This document shows, in pieces, positions 1-8,662 of a stretch of 64,000 nucleotides of DNA. The notes under the pieces were generated by a model. It saw only the letters and a program-made list of their open reading frames with translations, was not told the DNA's origin and did not search any database. Each line of letters begins with the position of its first letter. The stretch's first letter is position 1. Made by a program: the position numbers and the translations under genes. Origin of the DNA: an uncultured virus (IMG/VR IMGVR_UViG_3300026125_000001) (lineage: Duplodnaviria > Heunggongvirae > Uroviricota > Caudoviricetes); IMG/VR virus record IMGVR_UViG_3300026125_000001. The stretch is one strand, 5' to 3'.

Positions 1-401
1 CTAGCCTCTAACCTTTTCTCTATAGCTTCTGGGCTATGAGTATTTTCGCAGTAAGGTACAGTACCAAGAGCCAAAATAGAATTTCTTATTTTCTCTATGA
101 CTTTCTTATTACCTTTAACTGGAGGCGGTATATCTCCTCCAGGTGCCTCGTTCCAACCTATTTTAGGGGAAGGTCGCAAAGACTTCTCGATATTCTTTGC
201 TGTTTCCCTATCAGGGCAAATAGCGTAGCACTCAACGATTATGTCATCATATTTATTTAAGGCGTTTTCTAGGTGTAAATTACTCGCCTTTTTCTTGTGC
301 TGCCTGATTCTTTCCAATAAGTCTTTTGTTATACCGACATACCCTTCGGAGGCTATGTCAGTATGGGCTTCCCTTCTTATCCAGTAAACATAAGTTCTCA
401 T
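1..401 (-). CDS. GIY-YIG homing endonuclease (Seg-like), truncated by window edge
   Basis: Not in ORF track; hand translation MRTYVYWIRR..EGYVGIT..ERIRQH..E..GWNEAPGG; late promoter at 434-441. Confidence 0.8.
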   Translation of the reverse strand, partial: MRTYVYWIRREAHTDIASEGYVGITKDLLERIRQHKKKASNLHLENALNKYDDIIVECYAICPDRETAKNIEKSLRPSPKIGWNEAPGGDIPPPVKGNKKVIEKIRNSILALGTVPYCENTHSPEAIEKRLEA

Positions 402-433
402 ATCCAATACCTGTATTTGTTAGCCTATACAAG

Positions 434-441
434 TATTTATA
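434..441 (-). promoter_or_regulatory. T4-type late promoter TATAAATA
   Basis: Exact consensus 32 nt upstream of the GIY-YIG ATG. Confidence 0.75.
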
Positions 442-466
442 ATAACTTCAATCTCTAAGTTATTAA

Positions 467-1930
467 CTACCGAACCTTATCAAAACCTTTCACAATATCT
501 GGATCAAAGTTGTTCATTGAAAACTCCATACGATCGACGAGCTTAACCGCTCCACCTTTCATATGGTCTATAGCAACAAACCCTTCTGCGCCAGTAACCT
601 TAAAGCCATTCTTGGTCTTAACAAAAGTATTTATATTATTTAGCTTATTTAGTTTCTTAATAACTATCATCTTGGCGTTGACGATAGCCTTCTGTAATTC
701 AAAAATCTGGACCAAAGATGGCTTGTTTTTACGATTAAAAAATTCAAGGATAGTGTCCAACTTGTCTCGTTGAGCCTGCTTACCTTTCTCAGACTTGCGC
801 TTATCAATTTCTTTTGCGTAACGTTCTTCAATGAATTTGATCAAACCTTCAACGTGATTTCTGGTATCCTTGATGACTTCACCCTTGCGTACAAAGGAGT
901 TATTATAAGTCTCAATCAAACGTGGTAAATCAGGATGAGCTTCTAGTTCTCTTAACGTAGAACCAGATATTCGCGAGAAAATCTTACCTGCGGTTGACAG
1001 CGCATCAGTAACTTCTTTTGTATCTTTTTGCGTTAGAGTTACAGTGCCCGATAAGTCTTTCAACGTAGCACTTTCCGCCCATACTGTAGGAACTGATTTG
1101 AACTTACTTACGTCTACTCCATAACTCGCTCGCATGTCGGCGAAGGAAGACCCATTGTAGGCTGTATGGAACACGACACCGATTTTGGCTTTACGAATAC
1201 TCCGAGCGGCTTCTGATTCACTAGGTACAGCGTACACAATAGTATTAGGATGAAAAGTAAGATATTTTTCGCCGTCAATTGTCTCTTCCTTGACGTCGTC
1301 AGTAAACATGATGTCACCTTGAACAACGCCTTTAATTCCTAGTTTAGATAGCTCTTCAAGAGAAACAAGCATCTTCTGAGCCAACTCTGCATTATCTATG
1401 TCGTCGTAGATATCCTGTTTAGTTTTATAGACTTTCGGGTTCTTATTAAAGATACCTTTCTTTGCCACAAAGAATTTACCGTCTTCAGGGTCTATACCAC
1501 AGAAAACGGCAGGAGCGCCATCCCATTTAACAGTTACGTCAGTCGATCCTTTACTATTACCTGCGAGCATATCGCGGAGGGACCTGAGAGCTAGGATGGC
1601 TTCCCGCGCTCCGTTAACACCACCATAGATAACCTGATCTTCGATGTGCGTCATATGGGTGTTCTTTTCTTCGGTGAGTAAAGAACTGAAAGCATCGAAA
1701 CCTTCCATTGGGGTATCTTTTTTATACTTCCTTAATAATTCCGGTGTGCCTTCTTCGCCTGCGCCATGCTCTTCATTTTTACTTTTAAAGTATTGAATCT
1801 CGCGCTCGCGCTCCTCGGCTTCATCTCTAGTATCAAATTCACCAAGGTTCTTACCTGACTTTGACACCAGACGATACTTACCATCCTTTTTAATTATAGT
1901 CTCGTTTAGGAACTGAGTGAAGCCTTTCAT
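467..1930 (-). CDS. DUF6267-like protein with ligase-type nucleotidyltransferase motifs and N-terminal capsid-targeting-like peptide
   Basis: KWDG, QGDIMF, EGFV, VKLV motifs; N-terminus MKGFTQFLNE. Confidence 0.6.
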   Translation of the reverse strand: MKGFTQFLNETIIKKDGKYRLVSKSGKNLGEFDTRDEAEEREREIQYFKSKNEEHGAGEEGTPELLRKYKKDTPMEGFDAFSSLLTEEKNTHMTHIEDQVIYGGVNGAREAILALRSLRDMLAGNSKGSTDVTVKWDGAPAVFCGIDPEDGKFFVAKKGIFNKNPKVYKTKQDIYDDIDNAELAQKMLVSLEELSKLGIKGVVQGDIMFTDDVKEETIDGEKYLTFHPNTIVYAVPSESEAARSIRKAKIGVVFHTAYNGSSFADMRASYGVDVSKFKSVPTVWAESATLKDLSGTVTLTQKDTKEVTDALSTAGKIFSRISGSTLRELEAHPDLPRLIETYNNSFVRKGEVIKDTRNHVEGLIKFIEERYAKEIDKRKSEKGKQAQRDKLDTILEFFNRKNKPSLVQIFELQKAIVNAKMIVIKKLNKLNNINTFVKTKNGFKVTGAEGFVAIDHMKGGAVKLVDRMEFSMNNFDPDIVKGFDKVR

Positions 1931-2526
1931 TAATTATCCACCTTTGCGCCAGCTCTCCATTGGTGACAACTCCAAAATTTTGCTTTCCATTTTGGACCAG
2001 GGTCTGTATCACAACCATGACGAGCGCGGAATGACTTGCGACGTTCTGGGTCATCACGTTTTATTTCCATATTAGGGTCGCCAAACTTAACCATCACGAC
2101 ATTGCCTTTGTCGTTTTTTACGTACACGCCAAACTTCTTTTTAGAACCAGAGGGCAATCGGAATGGGTTGTTAAGGGTCACTTTCTTACCTTGGTATTCA
2201 GCAGACTCTTCAAGTTCAGTATCTTCGCCGATCATAGAAGCTAATTCTCTGGCATCGACACCCTTATACATACGAGCAACGTCAGCTGCCTTTTTACCAG
2301 ATTTCTTAGCATATTCAGCCGCTGCTTTATAATTTTTCTTATTGAAGAATTTACCGACCATTGTTTTAATTTGTTGACCTGTAGAACGTTCTTCAAGTTC
2401 ATTCTCTTCAGGCACACAATTAGGTACTTCTTTGTCGCCTTTCTTCTTCATACCAAGCTGCTTGTAACCTTTCCAGCAAGGGTTGCCGTCTTTCTCTTCA
2501 GAGATAAAATCTTTAAACTTTTTCAT
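1930..2526 (-). CDS. Conserved T4-like phage protein (DUF6321-like C-terminus), probable internal head protein
   Basis: MKKFKDFISEE start; CWKGY..VPNCVP module; KFGDPNM..RRKSFRARHGCD..WSC domain. Confidence 0.6.
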   Translation of the reverse strand: MKKFKDFISEEKDGNPCWKGYKQLGMKKKGDKEVPNCVPEENELEERSTGQQIKTMVGKFFNKKNYKAAAEYAKKSGKKAADVARMYKGVDARELASMIGEDTELEESAEYQGKKVTLNNPFRLPSGSKKKFGVYVKNDKGNVVMVKFGDPNMEIKRDDPERRKSFRARHGCDTDPGPKWKAKFWSCHQWRAGAKVDN

Positions 2527-2527
2527 A

Positions 2528-3811
2528 TTACTTAATCTTCAGGTACATTGAGTTAATGTCTGAAACTTTCATAGAGGCAAAGAAGCCGAAGCGAATAGTT
2601 TCTTCGTAATTTTCCATAACGAACTTAAGGAAGTCCGCGCAGTGAATGTAGCGCTGCTTGGCTAGGTTATCCATAGAATTAAAGTCTGGAGCCCATAGGT
2701 TCTCATTATCTTTTTGTAGGATAACGTCTTTGTACTTAGTATACGTGGCAAGCGAGCGGCTCAACAAACCGTCAGTTGGCTTGATAGTCTTACCTGCCGG
2801 AACTTCACCGCGAGAGAAACGATCCCACTCAGGTTTATCAATAGCGCCCATAGAGAAGTTTTCCTTCTTCATAGTACCTTCGTAGAATAGGTTTGGATTA
2901 TCCTTAGCAGCGCGAGCGTTTGCCTTAAACTGGAAGCCTGAGTTAGTCTCAACGAATACGGACTTACAAGAACCAGCAATAATGATACGGTTCAAAGTAA
3001 AGTCATAATCAAGCTGGCGGTTTTTGTATTTGATAGGTTCGATTAGTTCGATGTGTGATTTTCCGGAAGCTTGTTTGAGGGAAATAGGGACAATGTTTTT
3101 CTTAACGTAATGGCGACGAATCCAAAGGTTCAGTTCTTGAATGTGTTCGATCTTATCCAGTTCAGTTTTCAGATTACCTTTCCAAGAATCGTTGAATAGC
3201 CAGATATCCGCAGGGTTCCAGTTGTCCGCAGACTTAGGTCCACCCAATGCTTTTGCTTTAGCGTAGATGGGAGCCGAATAGGTGTCGCCCTGAAACTCGA
3301 AGTGCATAGTACCCATACGCTTGATTTTCTTAAACGATTCAAGCTGTAGTTTGGCGCTTGTGTAGTAAGTTGAACCATATACAGATGGGTCGGCACCCCA
3401 CTTAGTTAGTTCTTTAATCGCGCTATCTTCGTCGATAAGTGAACCAGTCTCTTGCCAATGCTTGAATACAATAACGCTCATTGCTTCTTTACAACGAGTC
3501 TTTTTATGGGTATCTGATTTACCGCCACCAGCGTGATTGAACGAACCGTTGATGCCCGATTCCGAACCAACAATCTTATATACTTGTCCACCAGATTTAA
3601 CGTATACAGAAGCAGTGCCCTTACCGATAACAAGTTCAATTGCCTCTTGCGGGTCAGCCAATTCTATATCGCCTTTAAGGGCGTCTTTCAATACGTCCTT
3701 TGCGGTTTTGCGCAACTCGAGTTTATGCCCAGTCGTATAAGTCGTTTGATTGACTATCGTGGCTTCTTTGAGCTTAGAAAATTGATTGAAATGTAGCATC
3801 AGGGTTCCCAT
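2528..3811 (-). CDS. Late hypothetical protein, possible PD-(D/E)xK-like nuclease (start may be 3799)
   Basis: 427-aa ORF; WNPADIW...PISLK motif; late promoter upstream. Confidence 0.45.
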   Translation of the reverse strand: MGTLMLHFNQFSKLKEATIVNQTTYTTGHKLELRKTAKDVLKDALKGDIELADPQEAIELVIGKGTASVYVKSGGQVYKIVGSESGINGSFNHAGGGKSDTHKKTRCKEAMSVIVFKHWQETGSLIDEDSAIKELTKWGADPSVYGSTYYTSAKLQLESFKKIKRMGTMHFEFQGDTYSAPIYAKAKALGGPKSADNWNPADIWLFNDSWKGNLKTELDKIEHIQELNLWIRRHYVKKNIVPISLKQASGKSHIELIEPIKYKNRQLDYDFTLNRIIIAGSCKSVFVETNSGFQFKANARAAKDNPNLFYEGTMKKENFSMGAIDKPEWDRFSRGEVPAGKTIKPTDGLLSRSLATYTKYKDVILQKDNENLWAPDFNSMDNLAKQRYIHCADFLKFVMENYEETIRFGFFASMKVSDINSMYLKIK

Positions 3812-3830
3812 TTAAATACAAATTATATAT

Positions 3831-3838
3831 TATTTATA
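3831..3838 (-). promoter_or_regulatory. T4-type late promoter TATAAATA
   Basis: Exact consensus just downstream of a terminator. Confidence 0.8.
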
Positions 3839-3841
3839 AAC

Positions 3842-3863
3842 AAAAAAGGCTCCCGAAGGAGCC
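3842..3863 (-). terminator. Rho-independent terminator
   Basis: GGCTCC-TTCG-GGAGCC-TTTTTT on minus strand. Confidence 0.9.
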
Positions 3864-3875
3864 AAACTGGAGGAA

Positions 3876-4037
3876 TTATTCCGTTAAAAACTGTTGAGGT
3901 TTCACCCCAAAGTTAGATTCAATGATCTGGTCTACGATTTCGACCGGAATATGAAGAGCCTTAGAAATTTGGTTGACATTTCTACCGCTCTCGTACATGT
4001 TTACAACTTCTACTATATGTTTTCCCATATGACTCAT
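3876..4037 (-). CDS. Small HTH-like protein (53 aa)
   Basis: Hand translation MSHMGKHIVEVVNMYESGRNVNQISKALHIPVEIVDQIIESNFGVKPQQFLTE; AAGGAG upstream. Confidence 0.6.
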   Translation of the reverse strand: MSHMGKHIVEVVNMYESGRNVNQISKALHIPVEIVDQIIESNFGVKPQQFLTE

Positions 4038-4038
4038 A

Positions 4039-4299
4039 TTACAACTTCTCCTTTAATATTTCGTCAATCTCTTCCATAGTATAGTCTAAAATACCATGTT
4101 TCTGTAATAGTTCTATACTAACATAAGTCCCTTTTTCCAATCCTTTGTTGAATCCTTCTTCTAAACCTTTATTGAACCCGATCCTGGCTCCAACCCGAGC
4201 ACCATAATGAGAACCTTTCATGTACATAAAATACAAACCGAGTCCAAATACCGCTAGGATAAATGCCCCAAAAAGTTCTTTACTGGTTAATAAATCCAA
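4039..4299 (-). CDS. Hypothetical membrane-anchored protein with GxxxG repeats
   Basis: Hydrophobic N-terminus; GFNKGLEEGFNKGLEKG. Confidence 0.55.
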   Translation of the reverse strand: MDLLTSKELFGAFILAVFGLGLYFMYMKGSHYGARVGARIGFNKGLEEGFNKGLEKGTYVSIELLQKHGILDYTMEEIDEILKEKL

Positions 4300-4684
4300 G
4301 GTATAATTCCTCCTCTAGTTCGTACGCTTCTAATTCCCAAGGAAACTCCCTGTAGTCTTCGCCTTCCCACTTGGCTCCTCGCCAAACTTTTTCCTGTTTC
4401 TTAAGGCTGAGTTCGCCCTTATGGTACTGTTTAACGTGTACCATTTCGTGAAGAACGGTTTTAATAATATCTTCTTCGCTGAGGTCTGAGTTGACTGATA
4501 TTTCGTAGTATTTGCCGCCTACTCCGTGGCAATAACCGTGTTCCCATTCGCCCATCGGTTCTATTTCTACTTCTACGCTGAGTGCTCTAGTCTTAGGTAG
4601 TAATACTGAAATCGCGTAGTAAACTGCCTTTTCTACTTTGCTGGTAATTTCTGTATTGTCTGAATATGCGTAAACTTCTAACAT
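4280..4684 (-). CDS. HExxH zinc metallopeptidase-like early protein
   Basis: TVLHEMVHVKQ and Y..PWELEA motifs. Confidence 0.7.
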   Translation of the reverse strand: MLEVYAYSDNTEITSKVEKAVYYAISVLLPKTRALSVEVEIEPMGEWEHGYCHGVGGKYYEISVNSDLSEEDIIKTVLHEMVHVKQYHKGELSLKKQEKVWRGAKWEGEDYREFPWELEAYELEEELYLGFINQ

Positions 4685-4712
4685 TAAACTTCCCTCAATT
4701 TCAATACTACTT

Positions 4713-4741
4713 AGTATAGTACATACGTTGAGGGAAGTAAA
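4713..4741 (-). promoter_or_regulatory. Early sigma70-like promoter
   Basis: TTTACT-N17-TATACT. Confidence 0.75.
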
Positions 4742-4748
4742 GCGATTT

Positions 4749-5438
4749 TTAAATTAATTTTGCCGCATAGGGGAAGATCTTGTTGATTGCCTTTGCGCAC
4801 TCAATTGCGATCATCTGATGTTCTTTCTGAGTACCGTTGCCAGCCCTCAACTGAATGAAGTGAATCCAGCTGCGGATAGTGCCGTTCATGTAAAGGTATG
4901 AGAGGGTATTACCTTCAGGCAGCAAGGCTCTACGTTGTTCCTTAGCGATACCAAGTTCACGCGCATATCCGTACTCTTTCTTAACAAAGTTTAGTACACG
5001 CTGTTGAATACGCATCCATTCTTCCTGAATCTTAGGGTCGTCAGATACGACTGAGTTCTGACGATTCACCTCGTCCTGCATACGCGCTTCACGATAACAG
5101 AACGCTTCATCAAACTGCTCGAAAGGATCGGCATAACGCTGACTGAACTCTTGGAAAGAGAACGAGCGGTGGCGTAGAATCTGACGAGCAATATCGCGTG
5201 TAGTCACAATCTCAATGTTTGCGCTCACGACTTCTAACGGTGACCAGTGAGAGTGTTTAATCAAATAATTGATCAACTTTTCTGCTGTCTCATTGTTTAC
5301 TTGATTCTTTGGATTAGAAACCCTTGCACAATAAGCGATCAATTCTTGAACACCATCAACCCCCATGTCCTTAAACTCTTCAGTCGCCTGAGAGTAGCTA
5401 ACAAGACGGGCACTAGCTATTTCATTATAACTTTTCAT
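4749..5438 (-). CDS. thyX: Flavin-dependent thymidylate synthase
   Basis: HWSPLE and RHRSFSFQEFSQRY signature. Confidence 0.95.
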   Translation of the reverse strand: MKSYNEIASARLVSYSQATEEFKDMGVDGVQELIAYCARVSNPKNQVNNETAEKLINYLIKHSHWSPLEVVSANIEIVTTRDIARQILRHRSFSFQEFSQRYADPFEQFDEAFCYREARMQDEVNRQNSVVSDDPKIQEEWMRIQQRVLNFVKKEYGYARELGIAKEQRRALLPEGNTLSYLYMNGTIRSWIHFIQLRAGNGTQKEHQMIAIECAKAINKIFPYAAKLI

Positions 5439-5447
5439 TCATTCACC

Positions 5448-6833
5448 TTAAAATTTAAAATCAGTGTAATCTTTCTTTTCGTTTGACCCAAAGCTGTTAA
5501 TCGGTCCAGTATCCTGTTGAGGCGCAGAGCCGCCGATTAAGTTTTGAGCACTAGCTTCTACATCGTACAGTTTCATTTTAGCTCGGTCAACCCCGATAAC
5601 AAATCGCTTGTTATGTCCTGGGTCATTGTATCGGTTCTTCAGCTGCTTAACCATAATCTGACCAAGCTTCTCGAGTTCCTCGTTACTTATCAACGCAAAC
5701 ATAAAGTCAGCAGTAGCAGGAAGCCCGAAAGACTCAGACGTGTCCTCAAGTCCAACGTCAGTGTTACCATATCCGCTTCGAGTAGTTTGGGTGGCGGTGA
5801 CGATTGGGACATCGAATTCAACTGCGAGACCACGTATTTCCTCCGCAATAGATTTAATCAGAGAGTAGGTATTAACCGAGCCACCAAGACCTTTCATACG
5901 CGAAGATGAACAAATATTCAAATAGTCAATGTAAATGATATCAGGTTCAAAGTTTCGCTTAAGTTTTAGGTCATTCAGTAGAGCACGGAAGTGCCCCGTA
6001 TGAGCCGAGCCAGTTGGATATTCCTTGACGATAAGTTTGCCATTAGTCTTGTTGGCAATCTTCTGTACCTTAGTTTCGAACATCTCACGAGGCAACGTCT
6101 CAAGCTGGTCAATGGTGACGTTCATGAGGTTGGCGTCAATACGTTCAGCAATACGTTCTTCAGCCATCTCCATAGTAATATATAGCACATTCTTTCCGGC
6201 AGATAAGTTAGCGCCAGCACAATGACACATGAACAAAGATTTACCAACACCAGTGCCAGCAAGAGCCACGTTCAAAGTCTTATTCGGCAGTCCGCCTTTC
6301 GTAATGTCGTTAAACAACTCAAGGTCAAACGGCATCCGCTTCTCTTCCATATGGTAAAAATCATAACGAGATTTTGCTTCATCAAGGTAATCGTGACCAA
6401 CGCGATGATCGAACGTAACCGCCAAAGCCTGAGACAATAAGTCAGGCAATGCGTTTTTGGTTAGGGTCTTATGCTTACCATCAATGATAGAAATACCTTC
6501 CATGATAGCCAGGAAGATAGCTCTATCCTGACACCACTTCTCAGTAGAATCCATAAGCCATTTGCGATCTACTTCTTGAGGTTCAAAGATTTCGCCAACA
6601 ATCTCAGTGACTTCGGCAGCATCTACTGCGCCAGTCAATGCCTCGCCAGCATCAATAAGAAAAGCCTCCCGCGAGGGGAGACTATTATACTTGTTGACGA
6701 ACTTAACTATCTGATCAAAGACGAACCGATGAGATTCGTCAAAGTATTCAGATTTCAAAAAAGGAACAACTTGTCTGGTGAACGATTCCTCGTTAATCAG
6801 ATTCCTTAGAATTGTTGTTTCCAGATTTGCCAT
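5448..6833 (-). CDS. 41: Replicative DnaB-like helicase gp41
   Basis: AGTGVGKS Walker A, ITMEM, IDYL, SESFGLP, KNRY. Confidence 0.95.
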   Translation of the reverse strand: MANLETTILRNLINEESFTRQVVPFLKSEYFDESHRFVFDQIVKFVNKYNSLPSREAFLIDAGEALTGAVDAAEVTEIVGEIFEPQEVDRKWLMDSTEKWCQDRAIFLAIMEGISIIDGKHKTLTKNALPDLLSQALAVTFDHRVGHDYLDEAKSRYDFYHMEEKRMPFDLELFNDITKGGLPNKTLNVALAGTGVGKSLFMCHCAGANLSAGKNVLYITMEMAEERIAERIDANLMNVTIDQLETLPREMFETKVQKIANKTNGKLIVKEYPTGSAHTGHFRALLNDLKLKRNFEPDIIYIDYLNICSSSRMKGLGGSVNTYSLIKSIAEEIRGLAVEFDVPIVTATQTTRSGYGNTDVGLEDTSESFGLPATADFMFALISNEELEKLGQIMVKQLKNRYNDPGHNKRFVIGVDRAKMKLYDVEASAQNLIGGSAPQQDTGPINSFGSNEKKDYTDFKF

Positions 6834-7107
6834 CATTACCACCTATTTTGTAATTGCCTGTATCGAACGCTTCAACCAATATTTCAGAAAGGATATCGCC
6901 AATATAATTCTCGAAGTCAACATCGCCCTCTAAAGTATTATCACCTTCAATGACTTCATAGCTATATGAAAGTTGGGCTTCGTCTGTTTCTTCTATGTGT
7001 TTAAGCGAAACTCTACCGTACTCATAGACCACACCGGAGTATGGTCCATCAGTAATCTTGACAGAGTAGAAAGAATTATCTTTGTCTTCAATCAACTCGT
7101 ACGACAT
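6793..7107 (-). CDS. 40: gp40-like head vertex assembly chaperone
   Basis: Acidic 104 aa between uvsX and 41, as in T4. Confidence 0.5.
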   Translation of the reverse strand: MSYELIEDKDNSFYSVKITDGPYSGVVYEYGRVSLKHIEETDEAQLSYSYEVIEGDNTLEGDVDFENYIGDILSEILVEAFDTGNYKIGGNDGKSGNNNSKESD

Positions 7108-7108
7108 A

Positions 7109-8176
7109 TTATACCTCTTCTTCCTCGTCAGGTAAAGGAATATCTTCTAAAAAGTTTTCCCCGAGTTCAGCTTTATATCCAATCATATACTGTTTCTGAA
7201 TCGCTTCAGCAAATGGTTTATGTTCAATCAGTTTAGTCCAAAAGTCATCACCGATATCTTTGCGCCAGATTTTCTTATCGTCAATCTCACCTGTTTCAAG
7301 GTCAGTTAGTTGATATCGACTGCCAGATTTAGTGATATATCCTAGTGCTAGGGCAAGGTCAAACATACCAGAGAATCGCTCAATACCAGCATCCCATGAT
7401 ACGCTAATTGGGATTTGAGACTTCTCTTTAACGTAACGCGATTTCTCTACATTGATTACAAAGTCATAACCCGTAATCTCAGTGCCCGTCTTGTTCTGAC
7501 GGCGACCAAGGATCCAGATATTATCAGCGCTGTAGTAGATACCAGTGCCACCGCCAACAATAGCTTTCGGGAATAGACCGATTTCCATATACGTGTGGTT
7601 GATTGCTAGTAGGGGGATATCCTTCTTAGTTAGGTATGGAGTGACCATACGGAACAGTGCTTTGAGAGACTTAGCTCGAGTCATGTCAGCAACGGACTTC
7701 TCGTTGATAGCGTCTTCAACTTCTTTCTTGGAAGCCAAGTTACCGATAGAGTCTATTACAACAATGACTTTATCTTCACGGTCGATGTTTTCTAGCTGAG
7801 ACATCATATCAAATTTAAGTTCTTCGACGTTCATAACTGGAGTGTGAAGTACACGACCAGTGTCGATACCAAACGTCTCAAAGTATGCCTGAGGAGAACC
7901 AAACTCGCTATCATAGAACAGCATGATTGCGTCAGGATATTTCTTCAAATACGCCGAAGCCATAAGCAGCGCGAACGATGTTTTAAAGTGTTTAGATGGA
8001 CCAGCCAAAACAGTTAGTCCTGGGGTCAACCCACCGTCCAATCGACCAGATAACGCAACGTTGATCATCGGTACTTCGGTGACCACCATATCCTTATCAG
8101 AGAATAGTTTAGATTCGTTAAGAATCGAAGTATCTTCAATCTTCGAGTTCTTCTTCAATTTATCCATTAAACCCAT
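7109..8176 (-). CDS. uvsX: RecA-like recombinase UvsX
   Basis: GPSKHFKT, YDSEFG, DSIGNLAS, GGGTGIYYSAD. Confidence 0.95.
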   Translation of the reverse strand: MGLMDKLKKNSKIEDTSILNESKLFSDKDMVVTEVPMINVALSGRLDGGLTPGLTVLAGPSKHFKTSFALLMASAYLKKYPDAIMLFYDSEFGSPQAYFETFGIDTGRVLHTPVMNVEELKFDMMSQLENIDREDKVIVVIDSIGNLASKKEVEDAINEKSVADMTRAKSLKALFRMVTPYLTKKDIPLLAINHTYMEIGLFPKAIVGGGTGIYYSADNIWILGRRQNKTGTEITGYDFVINVEKSRYVKEKSQIPISVSWDAGIERFSGMFDLALALGYITKSGSRYQLTDLETGEIDDKKIWRKDIGDDFWTKLIEHKPFAEAIQKQYMIGYKAELGENFLEDIPLPDEEEEV

Positions 8177-8205
8177 AATGTTTCCTCATTTTTAAATACA
8201 GGTGT

Positions 8206-8234
8206 ATTATAAACTAATTTCGTTGTCAAGTAAA
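8206..8234 (-). promoter_or_regulatory. Early promoter for uvsX
   Basis: TTTACT-N17-TATAAT. Confidence 0.75.
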
Positions 8235-8662
8235 TACATTTCAAAACTTATTTTTGCTTCCCTAAACATTTCCTTCGTTATCTGATACGAATCTTGCCAC
8301 TTATTGGTAGGCAGTTCGCGTAGCTGCATAACAACTCTAGTAACCCCTGACTGAATTATACCCTTAGCGCATTCATTACAGACGGGCAAGCCATAAACGT
8401 AGAAGGTTGAACCTGCTAACGATACCCCATGATGAACTGCGTTGTAAATACAATTAGCTTCGGCATGGACGACATACTTATGTTTAATTTCCCGAACATC
8501 TAGCCTCTCATCATCAGCTACGCCTCGAGGGAAGCCATTATATCCGGTAGAAAGTATTCTTCGGTCTTTAACAGCGATTGCGCCTATTAGCGTTCTTGGG
8601 TCTTTTGACCACGTTGATATTTCTTTGGCTTGTCTAATAAACCTTTTGTCCCATTCGTTCAT
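8207..8662 (-). CDS. cd: dCMP deaminase
   Basis: GYNG, HAEAN, PVCNECAK zinc motifs. Confidence 0.9.
   Translation of the reverse strand: MNEWDKRFIRQAKEISTWSKDPRTLIGAIAVKDRRILSTGYNGFPRGVADDERLDVREIKHKYVVHAEANCIYNAVHHGVSLAGSTFYVYGLPVCNECAKGIIQSGVTRVVMQLRELPTNKWQDSYQITKEMFREAKISFEMYLLDNEISL

Noticed and set aside
4749..5438. Thymidylate synthase as a dUMP hydroxymethylase
   Set aside because: It is ThyX-family; known hydroxymethylases are ThyA-fold
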